Positions 48,590 through 60,787 of a stretch of DNA of 64,000 bases are shown piece by piece. The DNA comes from Anthoceros angustus. Lineage: Eukaryota; Plantae; Anthocerotophyta. The stretch lies in the NCBI GenBank assembly GCA_010909165.1, contig VJWM01000204.1, positions 186,001 through 250,000 of the forward strand, in the 5' to 3' direction. The notes under the pieces are model-generated. The model was not told the DNA's origin, made no database searches, and saw nothing but the letters and a program-made list of their open reading frames with translations. The position numbers and the translations under genes were made by a program. How positions within the stretch are numbered: the stretch's first letter is position 1; each line of letters begins with the position of its first letter.

Positions 48590-50780
48590 CTAACGAGGAC
48601 GCCTTGCTGCAAACACTCTGATGCCACCGGCCATGCTGAGTACGATACTCTTGTGATAACGGATTTTCTGCCCAGGAACAAGCTGGAACTTGAAGAAGCG
48701 GCACAGAACGGCCATCACTATTTTGATCTGCAAGTAGGCTGCGTCCTTGCCCACGCAGTTACGCGGTCCCGCCTGATGAAATGCATTGTGCCACGACTGA
48801 CGGTCAGAGCTATACCTTCTGAAGTGTAGAGCAGATAGAGCAGAAGGCAAGCACATGAAGGGGCCCATCACCTGAAAAGCCGTGAACTTGAAAGGCGAGG
48901 CTGGCTGAAACACACCATCTTTGAACCATCTTTCGGGCTTGAACTCCAAAGCATCGGGGCCCCAGAGACTTGTCAACCGCCCCATTGAGTAGGGCACGTA
49001 AGAGATGAAGTCTCCTTTGCGCACCCTCATTCCATTGGGAAGCACATCGTCTGCCAGGGATCCTTCGGGTCCTGCACCAGAGATCCGTGTTGACGGTTTA
49101 GGGCAAGGAGGACAGCTGGTCTGCTCCATGATCATCTGTGAACCTTCAACGCTATCAGTCTACCATAGGAACAGAGGGTGAAGCCGGAGGGTTTCAGTCA
49201 CAGCAGCATGCAAGTACTGAAACTGGACACAACGCTCTCGTATCCCAGAAGCTGGACAAACTCCTCGATTCGTTTGTTGAGCTCAGTCTCATCCAAGGAC
49301 TCCAGGCTCAAGTCTTCACCTGCTGTTCATGACCGAATAGGCAAAACCAAATGAGTCTGCAAGCTTACACAAACAAAAACACGCACTCGTGTCATAGGTT
49401 ACCAGTTTGTTGTTGGTTTCTCTCAAACGCACAGACCTCCTCATAGACTTTGTCACCAACCTCGGGATGGATACACAAACAGTACATAAACCAGGAGAGT
49501 GTGGAAGCCGTAGTGTCACGTCCAGCAAGGATGAAGTTCAAGACTGAGTCGCGGAGGGCCTTATCCGCAGCGTCCTCCCTCCGCTTCCCGTCATTGAATT
49601 CCTCACTTAGCAGCATCAACCTGGAGAGAAGGTCTGCCCTAGTCTGAACAACCACCGACTCGTAAACACAAACTTCAAAGACAGGAATGTGAAAGCGATG
49701 AGGTAATGGTGGGGCATAGAGTCTCACCGGTTTCTCATCTTGCGTCAGGATCGAGTTTGCAACAGCTTCCAGTTCCGTTCTTCGGGTACGGATAACTTGA
49801 TAGGTGAAATCATCCAGGTAAGCGCAGCTTCTGGGCAAGGTTGCTTCTGAACCCAGATGGAATCTGCGTTTCAGTTTCCAGAATGGGTCAACGAACCGAT
49901 CGCTGCAATATCTGCTCGCTTGTTCAAATGCTCGAGCAAAGGGCACATCCGGCAAATGAGGTGACAAGCTTCCACATCCACCCCAAACGCAACTTTACAT
50001 ATGGAATCCAGGGTCAGGCGGAAGAACAGGTCCTGGACACATGGACGTCCCAACCTGAAGGTTGCACCCTGACTCATCCAAGTACGCAATCCCTTCAGTG
50101 CAGACAACCAGTGAGCATGTGGGTCACCTGCATCTCGAGAGATTTATGGTCGAAGCATGCGCGGGTGATCAAGGAGGCAAGAGCCAGCGCATTGCTTTGG
50201 TGCACAACTGAGCTGAGATCACGGAACACCTTGGATGAAAACTCCAAGCTCCCTGCCTTCCGTTGCTTCTTCCACATCTCCCCATCCGTATTCAAGATTC
50301 CATCTCCCAGCAATGGTTCCATGTTCATGTGAAAGACTTCCCCCTGCCCACATTAGTTGATCACATCAAATGCATCCACTGACTACAACACGACAAAACA
50401 TGTTGAGCATCTCCCAACAGCTGTTGCTTGCAGGTGGTGTGTACCTTGGGGTAGTTGGGGAAGTTGGTCTTGAGAACATGCTCGCAGACGGCGGGATCAG
50501 CTGTAAACAGGACGGTCTGGCCTCCCGCGCGCATTCGAAAGGTGAGAGCTCCGGTGACAAAGTAGTCTGTAAGCCAGTCGTGCATCCTCTCAAAGTTGTG
50601 TAACACCTCAAAGAGTGAGCCAAATATGGGCCAACACTTGGGACCTGATGGCATCGATCCACCCTGCTGCCGCCTGTGAATGACAACCCACAGGATGGTG
50701 GAGAGGAGAAGGAACAGGGCACTCAACAGCGCCAACAAGAACCCGGCGTGATCAGTGCTCCCTGCAGTGGCGACTTCCAT
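48590..50780 (-). CDS. CYP704: CYP704-like copy B (chimera: 5' part matches copy A, 3' part matches copy C)
   Basis: Same P450 motifs, heme motif AGPRNCVG. 50041-50780 matches 45822-46560 and 48590-50024 matches 52825-54265. Several 1-bp indels. Confidence 0.85.
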
Positions 50781-50998
50781 GTCGCAGACCTGCTCGTGGC
50801 AGTGGCACAAGTTAGGAAGCCCTCCCAAGTTGCCGTCACCAAGCAGCTCGAATGTCGGCAAGCTGAAGCTCAATTATCTTATGGCATCTCGCAAGCAAAG
50901 TTCGAATCGAACCTGAAGACATCTCGGAAGTCCTCAATCCGAATGTATCATAGTTTTCACATCATGGGACTGCATGGGAGCGGCTTAGGAGGTCCCAT

Positions 50999-51937
50999 TT
51001 AAGCAGGTGTAGATAACCCATGCCCATTGCTCTAAAACAATACCTGGGAAGGATACCATAGGTAGTCAGTCGGAAGCCACACTTCGCTGTTGCACAGGTG
51101 CGAAGTGACATGATGCAAAGCCTGGTTAGTCTACATATCTGCCCAGGGATGTACAAGTAACTAACGAGAACGTATTGTTGGAGCCACTCTAAGTCTACAC
51201 ATCGATACCCTTGTTTGTGAAACCCTAATGCGGCGAGCTTATCACTTAACCTGGCCGTGCAAGCCCTGATATTTGTAGTGATGCACTCCACTGTCGTGAT
51301 ACACTGGTTTACGATGGTGATGCGGCAATGCCGCTCAAGCGAAAGCCTGCTTAGACTAACAGGCTTTCGAATGTCACTTAGCACGCCATTTGTGGAGCGT
51401 TGCTTAAACCTCGGGCACATGTGCAGGGGGTGTGTCCTTCTCAGAGCTATGTAAAAGGGAGGATGTGGATGTGCAGGGTGTGTGTTCTTCTCATAGCTAT
51501 GTAGGGAGGATGTGGGGAGAGGTGTGATACCGCTTTTGAAATCAAGGAGCTGAGTCTCACTGAGAAGGTCTGCACTGGTCTGAACAACCGCCGACTTGTA
51601 AACATCCAAACTTCAAAGACAGGAGTGAGAGCGACGAGGTAATGGTGGGGGATAGAGTCTCACCGGTTTCTCATCTTGCGTCAGCCTGTTTCAGTTTGCA
51701 ACAGTTTCCAGATACGCTCTTCGGGTTGGGATAACTTGATAGGTGAGATCATAAGTTGTAGATCACCTCAAACAGTGAGCCAAATATGGGCCAACACTTG
51801 GGACCTGATGGCATCGATCCATCCTGCTGCCGCCTGCGCATGACAGCCCACAGGATGGTGGTGTGGAGAACTGGGCACTGAACAGCGCCAACAAGATCCT
51901 GATTTGATCAGTGCTCCCTGCAGTGGGGGCTTCCATG
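50999..51937 (-). pseudogene. Second copy of the internally deleted CYP704 relic
   Basis: Near-identical to 46780-47705. Confidence 0.8.
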
Positions 51938-52824
51938 TCGCAGACCTGCTCGTGGCACAAGATTTCCTACATGAGACAACGTCTCCCAGTCATCGCCCTC
52001 AAGCAGCTCAAATTTTGGCAGGCTGCTCACCATGCTCCTAGCTTATCACCATGGCTAAGCCCTGTTGGCGTCACAACTTTGAATCACTCTTTTATTAGTG
52101 ACATATTTCGATGGCTTCCTATGCACAAAGTAGTTTTGACCTCCTCTGGTCGGTGCCCCGAGGGCCCAGACTCCTTTTCCCAAGCAAATCCAGTCCATTC
52201 ACTTCTTTTGGAGTTCCTTATCGCCGCTCACCCCAACCAATTAACCAGGCAGATATCAAGACGTTGAATGCAAGGCCTTGCAGAATCCTGATTGTCACTT
52301 CATTCTGTCGGCCACACACATTCCACTTGTTATCTGTTGCTAATGCAGGCAAGACGCCGATCAGGGCCAATGCTGAGGTATTCGACTGTATGGGACCCAG
52401 GAGGATGAAATGCATAGGTGGACCACAGCCAGCACAAACATCCACATGTCTTCCCGATCGCATCAGCAGTCAGCCATTCAATTCACATAAAGAAGCATCA
52501 ATGCAAGCCTTCTCCATGCGGGCCCATGGAGGCTAGCACATCAGGGTGCTGAAGGTTTTCTGGTCCTTGGAGCTGCTATGGGCTGTCTTGGGCTTACAAG
52601 ATAGGAATATGGCATCAAGAACGTCTCAATGGGTTGGCTACATGTATGTAGATAACACATACCCATTGATATATGTAAGAATTACCTCCAAAAGATGGCA
52701 TAGTCAATCGGACGCCAGAACTTCGCTGTAACCTGTTCACGGTCAACAGATCTGAAGCATCTTGTGAATCTGCGGGTGTACGTTCCATAATGCAAACCCT
52801 GGCTATGTGCCCATGTACAAGGAA

Positions 52825-55021
52825 CTAACGAGGACGCCTTGCTGCAAACACTCTGATGCCACCGGCCATGCTGAGTACGATACTCTTGTGATAACGGATT
52901 TTCTGCCCAGGAACAAGCTGGAACTTGAAGAAGCGGCACAGAACGGCCATCACTATTTTGATCTGCAAGTAGGCTGCGTCCTTGCCCACGCAGTTACGCG
53001 GTCCCGCCTGATGAAATGCATTGTGCCACGACTGACGGTCAGAGCTATACCTTCTGAAGTGTAGAGCAGATAGAGCAGAAGGCAAGCACATGAAGGGCCC
53101 ATCACCTGAAAAGCCGTGAACTTGAAAGGCGAGGCTGGCTGAAACACACCATCTTTGAACCATCTTTCGGGCTTGAACTCCAAAGCATCGGGGCCCCAGA
53201 GACTTGTCAACCGCCCCATTGAGTAGGGCACGTAAGAGATGAAGTCTCCTTTGCGCACCCTCATTCCATTGGGAAGCACATCGTCTGCCAGGGATCCCTT
53301 CGGGTCCTGCACCAGAGATCCGTGTTGACGGTTTAGGGCAAGGAGGACAGCTGGTCTGCTCCATGATCATCTGTGAACCTTCAACGCTATCAGTCTACCA
53401 TAGGAACAGAGGGGTGAAGCCGGAGGGTTTCAGTCACAGCAGCATGCAAGTACTCGAAACTGGACACAACGCTCTCGTATCCCAGAAGCTGGACAAACTC
53501 CTCGATTCGTTTGTTGAGCTCAGTCTCATCCAAGGACTCCAGGCTCAAGTCTTCACCTGCTGTTCATGACCGAATAGGCAAAACCAAATGAGTCTGCAAG
53601 CTTGGCCACAAACAAAAAACACGCACTCGTGTCATAGGTTACCAGTTTGTTGTTGGTTTCTCTCAAACGCACAGACCTCCTCATAGACTTTGTCACCAAC
53701 CTCGGGATGGATACACAAACAGTACATAAACCAGGAGAGTGTGGAAGCCGTAGTGTCACGTCCAGCAAGGATGAAGTTCAAGACTGAGTCGCGGAGGGCC
53801 TTATCCGCAGCGTCCTCCCTCCGCTTCCCGTCATTGAATTCCTCACTTAGCAGCATCAACCTGGAGAGAAGGTCTGCCCTAGTCTGAACAACCACCGACT
53901 CGTAAACACAAACTTCAAAGACAGGAATGTGAAAGCGATGAGGTAATGGTGGGGCATAGAGTCTCACCGGTTTCTCATCTTGCGTCAGGATCGAGTTTGC
54001 AACAGCTTCCAGTTCCGTTCTTCGGGTACGGATAACTTGATAGGTGAAATCATCCAGGTAAGCGCAGCTTCTGGGCAAGGTTGCTTCTGAACCCAGATGG
54101 AATCTGCGTTTCAGTTTCCAGAATGGGTCAACGAACCGATCGCTGCAATATCTGCTCGCTTGTTCAAATGCTCGAGCAAAGGGCACATCCGGCAAATGAG
54201 GTGACAAGCTTCCCACATCCACCCCAAACGCAACTTTACATATGGAATCCAGGGTCAGGCGGAAGAACAGGTCCTGGACACAAAGGAAGTCACAACTTGA
54301 ACGTTGAAACCCGATTCATCCGAATAGCAAAATCCTTGCAGACAATCGGTGAGCATGTGGGTCACCTGCATCTCGAGAGATTTGTTGTCGAAGCAAGCGC
54401 GGGTGACCAAAGAGGCAAGAGCGAGCGCATTGCTTCGGTGCACAACTGAGCTGAAATCACGAAGGATCTTGGATGAAAACTCGAAGCTGGCTGTCTTCCG
54501 TTGCTTCTTCCACATCTCCCCATCCGTATTGAAGATGCCATCTCCCAGCAAAGGTTCCATGATCGCGTGGAAGGCTTCCCCCTGACACCATGAGGTGATC
54601 AGATCAAATATTTCCTTTGAGTGCAACAGATCGCTCGTCCATGTTGAGTAGTCCCTCACAGCTGTTGCTGGCAGGTGGTGTGTACCTTGGGGTAGTTGGG
54701 GAAGTTGGTCTTGAGAATATGCTCACAGACGGCGGGATCAGCTGTAAATATGTAGTTCTGGCCTCCCACGCGAGCTGAAAAGGTGAGAGCTCCGCCGACA
54801 AAGTAGTCTGTAATCCAGTCATACATCCTCTCAAAGTTGTATGACACCTCAAACATTGAGCCAAAAATGGGCCAACATTTGGGACCTGGTGGCTTCCGGC
54901 CATCCTGCTGCCGCCTTTGTATGACAACCCACAGGATGGTGCAGAGGAGAAGGAACAGGGAACTCAACAGCGCCAACAAAAACCCAACTTGATGAGTGCT
55001 CCCTGCAGTGGCGACTTCCAT
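52825..55021 (-). CDS. CYP704: CYP704-like copy C
   Basis: [38 protein letters not shown] and AGPRNCVG; exon structure as in copy A. Confidence 0.9.
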
Positions 55022-55499
55022 GTCGCAGACCTTCTTGTGGCACAAGATTCGTCTGCCTACCTGGGGCAACGTGTCCCAGTCGTCGCCCCCAGCAGCTCAA
55101 ATCTCGGTAGGCTGCAGCTCAATTTTCCTTCGGACGCACTTAAACTATCCCTTGGCTGATATCGCTGTCCTCTTTGTTCAGTGCTCCGAGGACCCAGACT
55201 CCTTTTCAAGAGCAAATCGTGTCCATTCACTTCTTTCCTTGTCGCAGACCATCACCTCAACCACGTAACCAGACAGGTATCAACACGTTGAATTCAAGGC
55301 CTTCCAATATCCTCGTTATCACCTCTTACAGGCAGACAGACACAAAGACATTTCATTGTTCTCTGTTGGTAATGCAAGGAAAAGGTGGATCGGGCTTGGT
55401 GCCTAGGTATCCGACCGTACGGCAAGCAGGAGGATGCAATGTATGGGTGGACGAATATATCACAGCCAGTCAGTAACATCTACTAGTCTTTCAGCTCGC

Positions 55500-56388
55500 A
55501 TCTTTCGCTCTAGATATACACTCCAGCTGAGGTGGAAAAGTCTTTTCTTGTTCGAATAGCAAGGGCTAATCCCGCCTTTCACAGAGTAACCTGCTTGAAT
55601 CTCCTGCTTCGGGCGAGGATATCAAGTGCCCTAGGAAAGTGGCGATGACAGCCAGGCCCACATCCTACCTAAGCTTTTGAAACGTCTCTTATCCAAGAAG
55701 GAAGGGCACATCCTTCTGAGATTAGCGGTTGTCAGACGTGAAACCACCACTTCTTTTTTCGCGCCCGTGGGTGGGCGCGCGCGAACCGGCGCGCGGGGCG
55801 CTCTCCTTCGCGCCCGGTCGCCCACCGGCGTGGGGTGGGGAATCGCTGCCCCCGGCCGATCGGAAACCCGCTACCGGCGTCGAACCGGAGCTGGGCCACT
55901 TAAGGGGCGCACTCGGTCACCAACCGGCGCGGGGGGTGTGGGGGGAGGGCGAATCGGTGCCCCCCGCCGGTCGCGACCCGGTGGCCGGCGGTAACTACAT
56001 GCCCCCCCTCTTGGGCCTGATTTCTACCCTGCTTCCGAGCATCTATCATAGATTTCCACACCAGCTCTTGTCCGCGGCTTGGCTATGCGAATCTCGGCTG
56101 CGCATTCTGCCATCCTCAAACAGGAAACTCCAAATTTCCCAGTCGATTCTGTGAGCATGTGTGAACACACACAGATAAGCTGACCGGGGAATTAGGACTT
56201 AGACAGTCATGCCCGTTCATGATCAGTCGTGTCTCTTCGAGACTTGATCTCTCATATGCTCTCCAAGCATTACCCTGTACGGTTCGTGATACAATCAACA
56301 CAGAGAATACAATTTCCAGCGGTGGCAAGGCCAGCAGCACTCTCCCCACAAGCTCCTCTGGCAGCTTGCTCCACACTGTTTCGTCCAT
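55500..56388 (-). pseudogene. F-box gene relic interrupted by a GC-rich insert
   Basis: MDETVWSKLPEELVGRVLLALP is an F-box start; downstream frames are broken. Confidence 0.65.
55753..56006 (-). mobile_element. Candidate GC-rich SINE-like insertion
   Basis: Abrupt very GC-rich block. Minus strand has a B-box-like GGTTCGACGCC within a CCGG stem (55874-55888), two related internal units and a short A-tail near 55755. It is absent from the paralogous relic at about 44010. Confidence 0.45.
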
Positions 56389-56536
56389 ATCTCTCCATTC
56401 TCAGTTTAACACAGATTCGACCAGCTTTATTTCTAATCAAGTCGGTCGGCTCTCTTCACTATGGAACTCCCTTGCGCAAATAAACATCGATCTTGTGGAC
56501 GTCTTCATGCAACTTCAATAGTTTGAACCACCTTCG

Positions 56537-56636
56537 GATTTTGCTAGTGCTTTGGACTCACATAACAAGATCCGTAGCAAGACAGGGATTCTGCTAGTGC
56601 TTTGGACTCACATAACAAGATCCGTAGCAAGACAGT
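56537..56636. repeat. 50-bp tandem duplication
   Basis: ggatt(t/c)tgctagtgctttggactcacataacaagatccgtagcaagacag occurs twice. Confidence 0.92.
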
Positions 56637-56649
56637 TTCTAACGATTTC

Positions 56650-59600
56650 GTCGGTAAGCTCGTGAGCTTTTTTTATGGGACTAATTATGCTGCTTGGAGT
56701 CACAAAATTCAAGTCTTTCTCCTCCTTAGAAGACTTATTTGGTGTTGTCGATGAGACCGATTTACGCCCCGTGACTCCACCCACTACTCCCGGTGGTAAA
56801 ATCCTCCAAACGCCGTCAAGTGGTCCTAGCCGTAAGTCCGAATGGGTCTCCAAGGACCGCCAAGCACGTGCTAGCTTGATGCTTTCTATGAAGAACGCCC
56901 AAATGAGCGTCATTCGACATTGGCCTACCTTCGAAGAGGTTTGGGATTGCTTAAAGAAGAAGTATGTGTTTGATAACGCCATGAATAAGGCATTTATGAT
57001 GTGGAAGTTCTATAGCCTCCGCATGTCCAAGACGGAGTCCATCGAGCAACGTAGGAAAGCTGGTGAGACCCCCACACCGAAGGGCGTCGCACTCTTTGCT
57101 GGCGGGAGACCTGGCCAGAATCGAGGGCATTCTTCCTCGTGGATCCCCAGGCCCTCGAGGCAGGGGCAACCCCTTGCCCAACACCTCTAATGACAAGCGT
57201 AAACTTGGTGCATGCTTCTATTGCAAGCTGCCTGGACATCATAAACGGGATCTGCTTGAATTTTACTCTTAACTCTCTCACATGGTTTGTGGATTCAGGA
57301 GCCACTCCACACATGACTGGCCGGCGAGAGTGTTTTATCTCCTTTGAGCCCAACACCATTGAGAGCTTTGTTTACCTCGGTGATGACACTCGCAGTGCCA
57401 TCCGGGGTTCCGGTATTGTGGCTATCATCTTGCCCAACTCCCAAGTACGAGACCTTCAAGATGTGCTCTACGTTCTTCACTTGAGCAAGAACCTCATTTC
57501 GGTTGAGCATGCGCTTAAAGTTGGTTACACTTTTGTGTTTGCTCCTAACAAGTGCTTTGTCTTCGATACCTCCCGCCAACTTGTCTTTGTTTGCCATCAG
57601 ATTGGGCGGTTGTTTGTCTTAGGCACTAGCCCTACCTATAATGCACATGAGATCCTTTCTCGGCCTAAGCGGGGGAGTTTGTCTCACCTTGACAGCTCCC
57701 TCAGTTCCTTGATGTCTTCTCCGTTAGTAGACTTATAGCACCTTAGGTTAGGTCATGCGGGATTGCAAAGGATGAAAGCCTTACTGCAAGATAGCTATGT
57801 CTTGGGCCTTCCTCTGAAATTTGTCTATGACCTCTCCTTCTGTCGTAGCCCTGCTTTTGGTAAGCAACAATGTAAGAAGTTTGGATCGCCGTTAGCTCCC
57901 ATATTCGAAAGCCCTGAACCCCTTGGTCTAGTCCACACAGACTTACTAGGCCCTATGCAAACCCCCCTCTTCAGGGCTCTCTACGAAGCATGGCCATGGG
58001 ACTGGCCATAAGCCTGACCTTAGCCATCTTCGCATCTTCGGCTGCCCTGCTTTTGTCCATGTCCCTAAGGCTCTGTGAAAGAAGCTTGATTCCAAGTCCA
58101 AGGAAGGGATTCTTCTTGGCTATGATAAGACAGTCAAGGCTTATTGCATATACTTGAAGGAATCTCGGCGTCTCGTCTTTGCTTGCGACGTTCTCTTCAA
58201 TGAGTAGCCCCTTCTCACCTCCCGTGGTAATGGGGGAGTTGTTCCTCCTCTCAACCCTTCCCCCTCTGCCTTCGACCCGGATGTGTTTGCTGATGTCGAT
58301 ACGTGGGGGGAGGATGAATGGGAGCCCCCACCTCTGCTAGCTACACCTGTGCTTTAGCCTGCCCCCTTGGCCTGGCCCCTCAACCTACTATTCGACACTT
58401 GTTATAGCCCTTACGCCTTTACTTGTGCCAGCTCCTCCTACTACTCCTTCCGCCTCCCAAGTTCCTCCCTCTCCCTTCCCCTCCAGCAACAAAGACTCGG
58501 ACCTTGACCTTGGCGGAACCCTTCTCCTCCCTGCGGAAGAGGTATCTCACCCACTTGATTCACCTCCTCCTGCAGATGAGCCTCCAGCACTTCGGCGCTC
58601 GACTAGGGAGTGGACCCTCAACAGGAAGGCCCTTGAGAACCTTGAACAACCAGAACGTACTTTTAACAAGCATGCTACCATTGTTGCCATATCTACTCCT
58701 GTTCAAGTTTCGCAATCTACCTCTAACATTATTGAGCCCTCTACCCTCAAGGCCGCCTCGTCCAGGCTGCAAGCAGCTAAATGGAAGAAGGATATGGATG
58801 ATGAGTTTCAGTCCTTGCAAGACAATAAGACTTGACGCCTTTGTGACTTGCCATGCAGCCGCTCCGCTGTAGGCAGCAAGTGGACTTTCAAGATCAAGTA
58901 CACAGCCCACAGTGTCACCGACCGTTACAAGGCAAGACTTGTGGCACAAGGTTATACTCAGCGGGCGGGGAATGACAATGATGTAGATAATCTCTTCTCC
59001 CCTGTTATCCAGACTAGCTCTCTTCAATTCATTCTTGCTTGTGCTACCTTTCATGATTGCGAGATGGTGCAACTTGACATAAAGACGGCCTTTTTGTGTG
59101 GGAAATTACAAGAGGAGATATACGTGCGTCAACCCTAGAGGTACTAGGAGAAAGGCAAGGAGCATCTCGTATGCTTACTGCAACGCAGCATATATGGCCA
59201 ATCTAAATATGTTTATATGGACAACTTCCTTATCGCCTGTGGATTTATTAAGTGCCTAGCTGATGGTAATGTTTACATTCTTCGGTCCGGGGATGGTCTT
59301 GTCATTCTCGCCTTGTACGTGGCATTACTCGTGATCGTGCACGTAGAACTTTGCATCTCACTCAGACCCAATACATTAAGAACACTCTAACTCGCTTCAA
59401 CATGTTAGATTGCAAGCCTGCACCCATACTGCTTGCCGTTGGAGCACCCTTATCTTCTGATCAGGCACCCAAGATCGACGAGGAGCGCAAGTATATAGAA
59501 TCTATCCCATCTCAGGAAGTAGTAGGGCACATTAGCTGGATATGTACTACCATGCACCCCAATATTGGCCATGCTGTCCTCCTGCTTGCCCAATAGATGG

Positions 59601-60544
59601 CCAACCCTGGGCCCGCACATTGGTCGGCCCTCAAGCGTACTTTCCGCTACCTTATGGCCACCATGGCTTATGGGCTCCGGTACCATGGGCCATCTACCAG
59701 GGACACCGCTTTGGTCTCCTTTGCTCAACTCTCCGCTTACACTGATGCTGATTGGGAGGGAGAGGGCTCAACTCTCCGCTTACACTAATGCTGATTGGGA
59801 GGGAGAGGGCTCAACTCTCCGCTTACACTGATGCTGATTGGGAGGGAGAGGTCGACACTAAATGGTCGACATCAGAATTTGCTTTGATGCTTTGTGATGC
59901 TGTCATAGATTGGTGATTGAAGAGGCAAAATAGCTACCGCTCTCTCATCCATCAAATTTGAGTACATGGCAGCTACACTTGCTACCAAGCGCGCAATGCA
60001 TCGCATTAGGCTCCTGGATGACACACCAGAAGCAGTCATCGTCAAGATCGACAAAACCATCAGCGCTCACTCTTGCCGACAACCCGAAGTTCAGCTCCAG
60101 GTCCAAGCACATTGATCTCCAATATCATTGTGTGCGTGAGAAATGAGCAGCTGGAGAGATTGTCTTCAATATTGCCCAACACAGCTCGTGGGCACTGACA
60201 TCCTGACCAAGAGACTACCTCGTGAGAAAGGACATTGGCTTGTGCAGCTCTTCTAGGAGTCTGTGCACTCCTTAACTACGACAGCAAATCAGCCCATCAT
60301 ATCTAATATGAGGAGGAGTATAGGAATATTAGCGCTCCCTAACTAAGACAGCAAATCAGCCCAGAATATCTAGTCCGAGGGAGATATGTACAGGAATATC
60401 TGACTAGTATAGATAGGCAACTTCTAACATAAAGAGTCACACCCGAAAGGGTGTCTACATAAGACATGTTGTAACCTACATATTTTACTGTGAATCAATT
60501 TTCTATCTTCGTTTGTCTTAGCCTGCACATCGACTGTCCTTACA
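56650..60544 (+). mobile_element. Degenerate Ty1/Copia LTR retrotransposon (5' LTR missing, integrase core deleted)
   Basis: gag, Zn knuckle CFYCKLPGH, protease WFVDSGATPHM, HLRLGH, LVHTDLLGP, LRIFGCPAFVHVPK, RT (YKARLVAQG, QLDIKTAFL), RNaseH (YTDADW, SKHIDLQYH), purine tract and a probable TG..CA 3' LTR at about 60387-60544. Many stops. Confidence 0.92.
59723..59851. repeat. Tandem triplication of about 43 bp within Copia RNaseH
   Basis: gctcaactctccgcttacact(g/a)atgctgattgggagggagagg occurs three times. Confidence 0.92.
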
Positions 60545-60787
60545 AGGCGCTGTCTTGGGCACACACGATAAATTATGGAATCAAGAAGGTCTCAATGGGT
60601 TCGCTACATGTATGCACATAACCCATACCCATGTGTAGGAGTTACCTCGAAAAGATGCCACAGGCAATCGGAAGCCAGAACTTCGCTCGAACCTGTTCAC
60701 GGTCAGCAGATCTGAAGCATCCTGTGAAAGTGCGTTGCACGTGACATGATGCAAAGCCTTACTGTGTAGCCATGTATCTACATGTAA

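Larger units (their letters stand above)
45805..54282. repeat. Tandem segmental duplication of about 4.2 kb (45805-50023 / 50024-54264)
   Basis: Co-linear near identity at an offset of about 4220-4240 bp. The junction lies in gaacaggtcctggacaca at 45805, 50024 and 54265. Confidence 0.93.

Noticed and set aside
44362-55021. Calling CYP copies A-C pseudogenes from 1-2 bp frameshifts
   Set aside because: The indels fall in homopolymer or dinucleotide runs and differ between otherwise identical duplicates, consistent with sequencing error.
55840-55960. tRNA gene suggested by the GGTTCGA loop
   Set aside because: No cloverleaf with D-arm, anticodon arm and acceptor stem could be built; kept only as SINE-like.
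59723-59851. Regularly spaced repeats resembling a CRISPR array (also 56537 and 43222)
   Set aside because: Head-to-tail duplications without unique spacers, in eukaryotic DNA with no cas genes.
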